Part shown: positions 27,755-35,922 of the stretch, piece after piece | Layout: every line of letters begins with the position of its first letter | How positions within the stretch are numbered: the first letter of the stretch is position 1 | NCBI GenBank assembly: GCA_043815885.1 | Contig: JBDRIL010000043.1 | Coordinates: 1 to 43,472 of the forward strand | DNA from: an archaeon | GTDB lineage: Archaea; Iainarchaeota; Iainarchaeia; Iainarchaeales; 1-14-0-10-31-34 | DNA length: 43,472 bases | Direction of reading: 5' to 3' | Notes under the pieces: model-generated | Seen by the model: the letters and a program-made list of their open reading frames with translations, nothing else | Told to the model about the DNA's origin: nothing | Database searches by the model: none | Position numbers and translations under genes: made by a program

Positions 27755-27829
27755 TATCAGAACCTACGGTTCCGATACCTCCCTATTTTTTCTATTCAAT
27801 TAAATAAAACAGCAAAAGAAGTATATAAA
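27755..27829 (-). promoter_or_regulatory. TATA box, SD and 5'-UTR hairpin of the mini-pilin operon
   Basis: Minus strand: TTTATATA (27822-27829), then GGGAGG (27778-27783), hairpin TATCGGAACC-GTA-GGTTCTGATA (27755-27777), 9 nt, ATG. Confidence 0.65.
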
Positions 27830-27846
27830 TATTTACTAAAATCAGC

Positions 27847-27873
27847 TAAAAATAAAAAAATAAGGAAGAAAAG
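27847..27873 (-). terminator. Oligo-T terminator after the 177-aa pilin
   Basis: Minus strand reads ccttttcttccttatttttttattttt a few nt after the TAA. Confidence 0.5.
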
Positions 27874-27876
27874 GAG

Positions 27877-28410
27877 TTAACCTGCAATTACTCCTACAAT
27901 GCAGCAGGTTCCGGATGACGCTGTACAATCGCAATCATAAGGCCGTGTCTCCTCTGGAATAAAAGAAGTGTATCCTCCTTCGCCTAGATTTCCCTCGAGA
28001 TCAGAACCTTTATCGCAGTAAGCTGCTAAAAAGGCTTGCTTTTGTCCTCCGCCTGTATATTGAATGTAACTTTTTGTTATCTCCCAGGACCCTGCCCCTA
28101 CTTCATATACTGGATCTAAGAAAAGACAGAGGTCGCCTTCTCCAATTAATCCGGTTCCTTCTGCAATTGCTTTTCTGTTGATTTTTTGGTCGGTGGTAAA
28201 GGTTACTGCCTTGGACTTGAAGTCATTGTATCTGTTGTTGTAAGCGTCTTTCAGAATTGAAACAGATTCTTTTGTAGGATCAGCCTGGCCTAAAGAGGGA
28301 ATGATTCCCATTATCTGTAACAGCATTGTGAGAATGACTACTGCCACTACTGCAGAAATCAGTAATTTGAATACACTGAATTCCTGGCCTCTCTCATTAA
28401 ATCCCTTCAT
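27877..28410 (-). CDS. Pilin with class III signal peptide, candidate major pilin
   Basis: MKGFNERG/QEFSVFKLLISAVVAVVILTMLL; GGGTGA SD; own TTTTAAATA box at about 28445-28453; C-terminal DCDC...TCCIV. Confidence 0.85.
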   Translation of the reverse strand: MKGFNERGQEFSVFKLLISAVVAVVILTMLLQIMGIIPSLGQADPTKESVSILKDAYNNRYNDFKSKAVTFTTDQKINRKAIAEGTGLIGEGDLCLFLDPVYEVGAGSWEITKSYIQYTGGGQKQAFLAAYCDKGSDLEGNLGEGGYTSFIPEETRPYDCDCTASSGTCCIVGVIAG

Positions 28411-28459
28411 AAAAAAATCACCCAATAATAAAACATTATTCGAGTATTTAAAATTAACG

Positions 28460-28918
28460 TTAAGGAGAGGGATTTCTTCCAAAAGAAACAACACAGCAGT
28501 AATCGCAGGAGGAATCACAATCAAATAAAGATAATCCAGCAGAATTACACATTGCGAAAACAGTTGTGCGTATTGTGGAATTGAAAGTAATTTTTTTATT
28601 GCTATTACTTATTTCGATTGAATTACTTTGATAGGCATCAAAGGAAATGCATTCTTCCTTGAAATTAATTTGGCTTGCAAGAAACATTGAATTAAAGGAC
28701 TGGTTTTTGGAGAGAGTGACATCCTTTACAGTTATTACTGAACCATCCGGAGTCTTTACTGCAGAGCCAACCCCGTCAACAATTCTTTTAATGCTTAATT
28801 CATTGTTTATTTTTTCAAAATGATCAATTATCCCAAGTATAATGAACAGGATTGCCAAAGCAATTATTACTGAAATCAATAACTTGAATGGAGCAAATTC
28901 CTGTCCTTTTGAATTCAT
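28460..28918 (-). CDS. Pilin with class III signal peptide, paralog of the adjacent pilin
   Basis: MNSKG/QEFAPFKLLISVIIALAILFIILGII; C-terminal DCDSSCDYCCVVSFG resembles the neighbour. Start trimmed to 28918. Confidence 0.85.
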   Translation of the reverse strand: MNSKGQEFAPFKLLISVIIALAILFIILGIIDHFEKINNELSIKRIVDGVGSAVKTPDGSVITVKDVTLSKNQSFNSMFLASQINFKEECISFDAYQSNSIEISNSNKKITFNSTIRTTVFAMCNSAGLSLFDCDSSCDYCCVVSFGRNPSP

Positions 28919-28931
28919 AAAAAAAATCACT

Positions 28932-31352
28932 TTATGCAAATGTTCCGATGACCCCATTTGCTACAAGAATGCTTGCAACAAAAACAATCACTGCAATAGG
29001 CAGGGCCTTGGCAATATTTATTTTTGCCAGAAGGTTATTGTCTTCCTCAATCTTTGTAGTAAAGTACATCAGGATAATCACTAATTGAATTATGTAAATT
29101 GCAACAATGATAGTGAACTGGGCTGGATTGGCGATCTGGGAAAAGACTGCTTCATCCATTTGAATGCGGGACATTGTTTCAGTAAAGGAAGTAATGTCCG
29201 GGCCAATTCCTGTTGCAACATCAGGAACCCTTATGCTGGCAAGATTCTGGAAAGTGCCTTCCGAAATAATCTGCGCAAGAGTCTTCATTACAATTTTATG
29301 CAGTGCAGTAGTAATCCCCAATACAACCGGGGCAACAAAAATGCACATTATCTTCATAGTGGAAGTAATGTCCTTTACCAGAATGCTCAGCATCTTATTT
29401 ATTTTTTCAGAGTTATTCAGTTGGAGTGAGAGAGAAATTAAGGTTCGGGCTGAAACCTCTGAACCCATCTGAACTGAGTCAATGAGCAAGCGCATTGAGG
29501 TACGGATTATTGCTGAAGGATTGTGCTTCATTGCACCATAGGTTGGGTCAAATACAGCTGACTCTAAAGGCATTCCAAGCAGAATAATGTTATCCATTAT
29601 CTTGCCGAATAATTGTTTTGAAACCTTATAAGTTGGAAGGAATTCTCTTGTATGCCTTAAGGCTTCTTCCACTGGCTTGTTTTCTCCAAGGCGTGAAGCC
29701 AATACATACAGTGAGTCCTTGAATTCTGATTCCATCTGCATTGCGTCAAGCTGGACCTTTCTCTTATAAATGCTGGAGTAATAAAAGTAAATGAATATCA
29801 GTAGACTGAAGGTAATCAGTATTCCAAAAATTAAGTTGTATTGAGTGATGTCGTTCTTTGGGTCCATATAGAACTTGATTCTTTCTGCTTCAACTAATTC
29901 CATTGCATCATTGGAGCTGTGGCCTCTGCTGATTAATTGCTGGTAAAGCATTCCGCGTTTATCAAAGTAATCAATTGGATGGTCTGCATCAAATAACGCG
30001 CATTCATAGGTCTTGTCCGGAGGAATCAATTTAATTAATTGAACTGCCCCTCTTGGGGGATTCTTGCAGTCATATGCAAGCAATGGTTTTGGAATTGAGA
30101 CATCCTGGACGGAGTCTACTTCAAGCATTATTCCGTTCTGGTGCAGGTGAAGTGAAGTTATCCCTCCTACAATTAAAACCAGAATCATTGCAATCCTTAA
30201 ATCAATAAGAGTCTTTCCTGCCTTCATCTTCCATTTAGGGGGAATCAAAGGAGAATTATCAGGAATCTTTGGAGGTTCGTAAGTGGGAGGGCGGTTTCTT
30301 ATGACATTCCTGGCAAAAACAAATGCAGTGACAGGAATAACGATATTGTAAATCAGGATTAATAGTTCTGGGCGGGCCATTGCCTGCCCAGTGAAAGCAG
30401 AACCAACAGGAAGAATAATGATTAAGGTTAAGGGAAGCAGTACCCCAAGATAAAATAAAACCACTGTCGGCTGTGAAAGGTCTCGAGCGTATTGCTCCAT
30501 TTTATTCCTTATTGATTCAAGAACGTTTTCCATTGTTTTATCCAGTAACTGGAATCTCTTTGATTCAGTGTCCTCCAGGACTGAGGCTCTAACCATCATT
30601 AGAGAGGTCTTGAATTCATCTGAAAACTTTCCCCACCTGTAAGCCATGTCATCCAGTGCTTCACTCAAGGTATTATAGACTCCAAGCTGGACATTCCAGA
30701 GAATTCTTTTGAAGTCTTCAGCAATCTTTCCCTTTCCATGAGAAGCAGCAAACTCCACTGCTTTTTCCAGATTCGGAACAAGCTTCATTGACATTATCAT
30801 GTAACCCATTATTTCCGGGACATAGGTCAAGGCCCTAACCTGTTCTATTTTTGCTTCATTGAGCGGATACTTCTGGACAAAGTTAACCAGTAAATAGACA
30901 AGAAGGATTACCGGAACAAAGACATAAAAATAACTTAAAGGCCCTACTCCAGTGAATTCATTTATTACATCCATTAAGGTGAAGGTTCCCTCTTCTCCTG
31001 AACCAAGAGGGAAATAAAATGCAATAAGAACCAAAATAAAACCAAGCATTATGGAGAGAAGTAAAGTGAATTTTATTGCTGCAGTCAATTCCTCTGCTGA
31101 AAGCCGCCATCCAAGAAAATCAATTGCTTCCTTGTATTTCTGCTTGAATTTTGCTCCCTTTCCAAGGGAAGGCATTGTGGAATAACACCATTTGCAGAAC
31201 CTCACAAAGCCTGTCTCCTTTTTCTTCACCAGCTTTGTTTCTGCTTCAGGGAATTCTTTCTTGGTGTAGGCAATGCTTCTGTAGATTTCTCCTGGAGTTA
31301 TCTCTTCTGGTTCAATATTTTTTTGCTGAACCCTTCTTCTTTCCCTCGGCAT
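28932..31352 (-). CDS. Type IV pilus membrane platform with two fused T2SSF domains (TadB+TadC/FlaJ-like)
   Basis: Two T2SSF-like halves (YVPEIMGYM...NLEKAVEFA...GKIAEDF and EFKDSLYVLASRLGENKPVEEAL) with multiple TMs; directly downstream of the ATPase. Confidence 0.85.
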   Translation of the reverse strand: MPRERRRVQQKNIEPEEITPGEIYRSIAYTKKEFPEAETKLVKKKETGFVRFCKWCYSTMPSLGKGAKFKQKYKEAIDFLGWRLSAEELTAAIKFTLLLSIMLGFILVLIAFYFPLGSGEEGTFTLMDVINEFTGVGPLSYFYVFVPVILLVYLLVNFVQKYPLNEAKIEQVRALTYVPEIMGYMIMSMKLVPNLEKAVEFAASHGKGKIAEDFKRILWNVQLGVYNTLSEALDDMAYRWGKFSDEFKTSLMMVRASVLEDTESKRFQLLDKTMENVLESIRNKMEQYARDLSQPTVVLFYLGVLLPLTLIIILPVGSAFTGQAMARPELLILIYNIVIPVTAFVFARNVIRNRPPTYEPPKIPDNSPLIPPKWKMKAGKTLIDLRIAMILVLIVGGITSLHLHQNGIMLEVDSVQDVSIPKPLLAYDCKNPPRGAVQLIKLIPPDKTYECALFDADHPIDYFDKRGMLYQQLISRGHSSNDAMELVEAERIKFYMDPKNDITQYNLIFGILITFSLLIFIYFYYSSIYKRKVQLDAMQMESEFKDSLYVLASRLGENKPVEEALRHTREFLPTYKVSKQLFGKIMDNIILLGMPLESAVFDPTYGAMKHNPSAIIRTSMRLLIDSVQMGSEVSARTLISLSLQLNNSEKINKMLSILVKDITSTMKIMCIFVAPVVLGITTALHKIVMKTLAQIISEGTFQNLASIRVPDVATGIGPDITSFTETMSRIQMDEAVFSQIANPAQFTIIVAIYIIQLVIILMYFTTKIEEDNNLLAKINIAKALPIAVIVFVASILVANGVIGTFA

Positions 31353-31383
31353 TTTTTTCTCCTAAAAAAAAAGTTTTTTTGAA

Positions 31384-33675
31384 TTATTTTTTTGGTTTCC
31401 TTCTTGCAAGAAGTCTCTTCAGGAATTCATCCTTCACCCAGTGCTTCCATTCCCCAAGCAATGCATTGTAGTCAATGCTTCCATGCAATTCAATCTGTTC
31501 CTCCTTCAAGATATGCAGTTTATTGTTTGCTGCAACTGAATTCTCTGCCTCAAGCAGGTCAGGAAAGTCATGCTTGTTCTTTAATTCAACAAGAAATGCT
31601 TTAGAGTTTGCATTCAATTTAATGTTCTGCCAGATTTTATCCATTGAAAGGCCTGTTGTCTTCTGGATTTTATTGAATAACTGTGAATCCTTTAAATTAT
31701 CTTCCAGTAATTCAATCTTGTCCTTTCTTGCATCAAAAAGCATTAAATCAAGCAAGCCTCCTTCCTGTTGTGGGTCAGTAATCCAGTCCTTCTTTACTTC
31801 AGTTATCTGGTAGACTCTTCTGTGCCTTTCAATTGAACCGCCAAACCTTATTGGGCGGGCAACAACAACTACATCTGTTGCCTTAAAGGAAGTATTAGGT
31901 ACTTGCAAGTCATTCACTACCCTGTCCCATACAGAGTAAGCGGAATCCCCGTGAATTGTTCCGATTACAATATTCCCTGCTGCACCAATACGCATTGCCT
32001 CATAAAGCACTTTTGCTTCCAGGCTTCTGACTTCCCCTATTATCAGAGCTGAATCCCCTAACCTTAAAGCAGTCCTTAATGCTTCTTCCGGGGCAACCTC
32101 TGATTCAGTCTTGCTTATAGAGATTGGAGAACGGGTTTTCAGTCTCTGAATATTAAAGCCTATATCCTTCATGTAAGGAACAGGAAGTTCAAGAGTGTCC
32201 TCCTGAACAATTATTCTGGTGTTCTGCAGTATCTCCAAAGCCATTGCTGCAAGCAATGAAGTCTTTCCTGAACCTCTGCTTCCAGTAACCAGCATTGTTG
32301 ACTGCGTGTCAACAAAAAAACTCAGTAAGCCAGCAGCCAATGGAGTGAGAAACTTCACGTCAATGAATTGAGGCAAGGTCCATGGAGTGACTTTATGCAG
32401 CCTGAAAGCAAAAGCAATTCCATCCGGAGCAAGAGGCTTTCCAATTACCGCTACTCTTGTTTCTAAATCCTCTAAATCAAAGTCTAAGGCGGGGTGAGCT
32501 TCATCGAATGGTCTGCCTGACATTGCCCTTAGTTTTGAAACCAATGAATTTGCTTCCTCTTCTGAATAAAGGACATTGGTTTCGCACTGGCCGTAATCAG
32601 AATGCACTACATAAAGAGGTTTTTGCCCTACAGGCGAATCCAAGTAAATGTCTGTAAGGTTTCTGTCGTTTAACAGAATTTCAAGTATTCCATAACCAAC
32701 GGTATATCTTGCAACAATTTCGGCTAATTCCTTTATTTCCTCTTTCTCTAATTTAATGTTGTTTTGGTTGGAGATATCCATTATGGTTGATTCATATACT
32801 CTTTCAAAATAGCGTCTTGATTTAGCGATAGCAGAAAGAGAGGTTTTTCCTGGCTTGTAGGAAGCCACAACCTCCTTTGTCTTGGAGAGAATAAAATATT
32901 TTTCCGGGGGAAGCGTGTATTCAGGGGGATTAATGAAGTAAAGCTTCTCTGTTTTATTTGGGTGCTTGTAGATTTGAACTGACGCTTTTTTCACAGTGTA
33001 TTCATCCAATAACTCCAGTGTTTCTGCTTTCTCAAACATTAATCTGGAGGAAATGAATGCAGGCTTTACCTGTGCTTCAAAGAAGGTGTGATAGATTTGA
33101 ATTGTGTCTGGAACTTTTTCTAATTTCAGTATTACCTTCCTGACTTTCTGAATAAAATCTGTTTCCTCTAATGCAGTCTTTATATAGGAAAGTGTTTTGA
33201 GATAAATTTGGTGGGATTCTGCTTCGGCTCCTTCAAGAGAAGAAATTTTTTCATGGATTCTTTTTATTTCACTAAGGCAGGTAATGTATGAAAGGATTGG
33301 ATCGCTTAAAAGCAGGTCGTGAGTGATTTTAATTATTGTGTCATGCCTTTCCCCGAATTCCTTTTCATCTGGAGCAGCAGCTTTTCCTAAATGCGAGTAA
33401 CTCCAGATATTCTCCAAAGAAAATTTTGGAATTAAAGCAGCGATTTCAGTGAGATATGCCGTCTGTTTTTCAGAATAAACTCTTTCATACACGTCTCCCA
33501 ATACAACGAGTTTTGCTTCAAGCTCTCCTAAAAGAGTAAGTATATGGATTCTGCAACGAAAGTCATCAGCAAGACTTGAACCATAAGGACAGTCCCTGCA
33601 ATCAGTAATCAAGTGCCTTTTTCCTGCTGATTCCTTTATTACATAGTCCCCTACTTCAAAGTTACCAATCTTCAT
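31384..33675 (-). CDS. Type IV pilus/type II-IV secretion ATPase (VirB11/FlaI family) with a long N-terminal extension
   Basis: Walker A GSRGSGKT, QEDTLEL, LRLGDSALIIGEVRS and GTIHGDS; N-terminal DCRDC...CRIH. Confidence 0.93.
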   Translation of the reverse strand: MKIGNFEVGDYVIKESAGKRHLITDCRDCPYGSSLADDFRCRIHILTLLGELEAKLVVLGDVYERVYSEKQTAYLTEIAALIPKFSLENIWSYSHLGKAAAPDEKEFGERHDTIIKITHDLLLSDPILSYITCLSEIKRIHEKISSLEGAEAESHQIYLKTLSYIKTALEETDFIQKVRKVILKLEKVPDTIQIYHTFFEAQVKPAFISSRLMFEKAETLELLDEYTVKKASVQIYKHPNKTEKLYFINPPEYTLPPEKYFILSKTKEVVASYKPGKTSLSAIAKSRRYFERVYESTIMDISNQNNIKLEKEEIKELAEIVARYTVGYGILEILLNDRNLTDIYLDSPVGQKPLYVVHSDYGQCETNVLYSEEEANSLVSKLRAMSGRPFDEAHPALDFDLEDLETRVAVIGKPLAPDGIAFAFRLHKVTPWTLPQFIDVKFLTPLAAGLLSFFVDTQSTMLVTGSRGSGKTSLLAAMALEILQNTRIIVQEDTLELPVPYMKDIGFNIQRLKTRSPISISKTESEVAPEEALRTALRLGDSALIIGEVRSLEAKVLYEAMRIGAAGNIVIGTIHGDSAYSVWDRVVNDLQVPNTSFKATDVVVVARPIRFGGSIERHRRVYQITEVKKDWITDPQQEGGLLDLMLFDARKDKIELLEDNLKDSQLFNKIQKTTGLSMDKIWQNIKLNANSKAFLVELKNKHDFPDLLEAENSVAANNKLHILKEEQIELHGSIDYNALLGEWKHWVKDEFLKRLLARRKPKK

Positions 33676-33729
33676 TCAAAAACCAGTAAAAAATAGGTGA
33701 AACTAATTAATAATCTTTATCATTTAGTG

Positions 33730-34782
33730 TCAGTAATTATTAATTCTTTTTTTCTTTTTCATTGTTGCCCAGGGGTTTTCTGGAGAGGAAGAGGTTTTTG
33801 GTTTTGCTGGAGAAGAAGTTTTTCTTTTTTGCGGGGAAGGAGTTGGAGTTACTGCATCAAATTTGTAGATTGTGACTGAAACAAAGCTGGAGAAGGCAGT
33901 GCTCCATAAACCGTAAATTACTTGAATTATTACCCTGAGAATTATTGCAATTATAAAGAAACCAATCAGTACAGTGGTTTGGGTGCCAAGTGTTTCAAAG
34001 GCACTTAAAACAGAGATAATGATGATGTATGGAATGCTCACTGCAAAAGTCAGCAGCACCCACCAGATAATGAAGAAATAATTATTGGAGTAATTCTTTC
34101 TTCCAAGAAAATAAGCTCTTTTGAAGCAGTCTATTGCTCCGATTTTTTCGAAATAGGGAATTGTTTCCAGAAGTACCAACATTGGCCGTAAGGCAAGGGA
34201 AATTAAAAAATAGATTAAGAAGCCAAGAAGAACCCATAAAAGGGAAGTGATTAAGAAGGGAAGGAATATCTGGGTGAAGGAGGAGGTTGAGAAGAAATCC
34301 CCAAATAATTCATTTGCAGCAGAAAAAATAATTGCGTTCTGGTTCTGTTCAATAAAAGACATGAAACTCAGGATTAAAGGAATCATCCAAAGGATCATTG
34401 CAGTCAATACTACAATGGATAAAATCAATTGAACCTTGAATGCAGTAAACGCCCTTGGAATGGTTCTGTTCCATGCAAGGCCTAAATCAGTGCTTCCTTT
34501 TTCAAGGTATTCCCTTGCAAAGTTAATGTAAATCCCTCCGCCTAATGCCCCAAGAAATACAAGGACAAGGACTGCAATAACTCCAAGGACTGCATAAATT
34601 ATTATAGCGGTTAAATCGAATGGAAGGTAAATAATAGTAATTATTGCAGGGATTGCAATAACTATTAAAGAAATAATTGCAAGGACAGCAATAATTAATC
34701 CAATCAATAAATAGTATCCCCACAGCGTCAGGTTAACGCTCTTCTTCAATAACTCAATCGTTGAATCGAGAAAGTAACCCAT
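33730..34782 (-). CDS. Polytopic membrane protein of unknown function
   Basis: 350 aa with 6 or more TMs; DLGLAWNR and GAIDCFKRAYFL helices; GGAG SD and TTTATATA box upstream. Confidence 0.8.
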   Translation of the reverse strand: MGYFLDSTIELLKKSVNLTLWGYYLLIGLIIAVLAIISLIVIAIPAIITIIYLPFDLTAIIIYAVLGVIAVLVLVFLGALGGGIYINFAREYLEKGSTDLGLAWNRTIPRAFTAFKVQLILSIVVLTAMILWMIPLILSFMSFIEQNQNAIIFSAANELFGDFFSTSSFTQIFLPFLITSLLWVLLGFLIYFLISLALRPMLVLLETIPYFEKIGAIDCFKRAYFLGRKNYSNNYFFIIWWVLLTFAVSIPYIIIISVLSAFETLGTQTTVLIGFFIIAIILRVIIQVIYGLWSTAFSSFVSVTIYKFDAVTPTPSPQKRKTSSPAKPKTSSSPENPWATMKKKKRINNY

Positions 34783-34847
34783 TTTTTTCCTCTCCTGAAA
34801 TAAAAATGAATAAAGGTATATAAATAGCTTCTCTTATTTTTCTTTCT

Positions 34848-35372
34848 GTGAAGAAAAAAAAGTTATTTAGGGAAATTTCCAGGGAAGACATGGCGAAGGG
34901 AGGAAAGTTCCTGGTAATTCTTATAGTGGTTTATGCATTGCTTTCATTTGGAGTTAATTTAATTGTTCCGCTTGAATTCATTGAATTAATTGTTGCAAAG
35001 GGAGTAAGTTTATTGCTTGGAGTCATGGGGATACGGAGTGAAATAATTTTGGGAGAGCCGATAAAAATAATTCTTTCTGCTTCAACTGTACAGATAAGTT
35101 ATTTGTGTACAGGGTTAATGGAATTATTTATTTTGGTTGCTGCGGTTGTCGCTACAACAGGAATTGAATGGAAAAAGAAATTGATTGGAGTGATTGGGGC
35201 AGGAATCACTGCATTTGCATTTAATTTATTCAGGATCACTGTCACTATTCTTATTCTGAGTTCCTTCAGTCTGGAAACCGCTGAATTAACGCATGATTTG
35301 CTTTTCAGGATTTCCTTGTTTGTGGTAATCGTGGGGTATTATTTCGTATGGTATTACTTCAGCACAAAATGA
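34848..35372 (+). CDS. Exosortase/archaeosortase-family membrane protease
   Basis: Catalytic-type residues in family order: ISYLCTG (Cys), FNLFRI (Arg), LTHDLLFR (His); 4-5 TMs. Confidence 0.85.
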   Translation: MKKKKLFREISREDMAKGGKFLVILIVVYALLSFGVNLIVPLEFIELIVAKGVSLLLGVMGIRSEIILGEPIKIILSASTVQISYLCTGLMELFILVAAVVATTGIEWKKKLIGVIGAGITAFAFNLFRITVTILILSSFSLETAELTHDLLFRISLFVVIVGYYFVWYYFSTK

Positions 35373-35424
35373 AAAAGCTTCAAATTAACCGCATTATTTT
35401 TATATTCTAAAAGACCTTTTTTTA

Positions 35425-35778
35425 GTGATGGGTGGAAAAAGTTCCTGGAAAAAGTTTAGAGATCAAAAAGCAGGAGAAATGCAAAAGGCTTATATGAATA
35501 GATTAGTTACTAATCGGGAAGTAACTGAAAAAATAGTTTACCAAAAACAAACGCCAATTGATGTTCTAATGAGTCACATCCGAAAGGGACTTGAACCTTC
35601 AATATTAGTGACGCATATTTCAACGATAGCTGAAAGAGGAAACAAAAGCCACATAAAATATCTTGAAGTCCTACTAAGACAATACCCTGAAAGAAACAAG
35701 TCTCCTTATCCCGGTTACGAAACTGTCAGAAGCGCACTTTTAAAAGGAATAAAAAAATTAAAAGAAAAGAAAAATTAG
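35425..35778 (+). CDS. Basic hypothetical protein
   Basis: 117-aa ORF filling the gap, with a TTTTATAT box about 20 nt upstream; no recognisable motif. Confidence 0.6.
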   Translation: MMGGKSSWKKFRDQKAGEMQKAYMNRLVTNREVTEKIVYQKQTPIDVLMSHIRKGLEPSILVTHISTIAERGNKSHIKYLEVLLRQYPERNKSPYPGYETVRSALLKGIKKLKEKKN

Positions 35779-35922
35779 ATTCAATTTCTTTTAAGATCCG
35801 TTTTGTGCAGAACATACTTTTATGCAAAGCCCCCTTTAATGAAACATTTTTATACTTCTTTACGTTTAATTATTAATTGAATTAAAGTATATATAAATGT
35901 AATAAAAGAAAGTGGTGAAAGA

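Noticed and set aside
28411..28524. Longer track start for the 215-aa pilin ORF (likewise 28957 for the 165-aa ORF)
   Set aside because: The extensions overlap upstream genes and promoter sequence; the class III signals fix the starts at 28410 and 28918.
25117..33675. Locus B as an archaellum operon
   Set aside because: No archaellin-type N-terminus and no FlaH, FlaF/FlaG or chemotaxis genes are visible.
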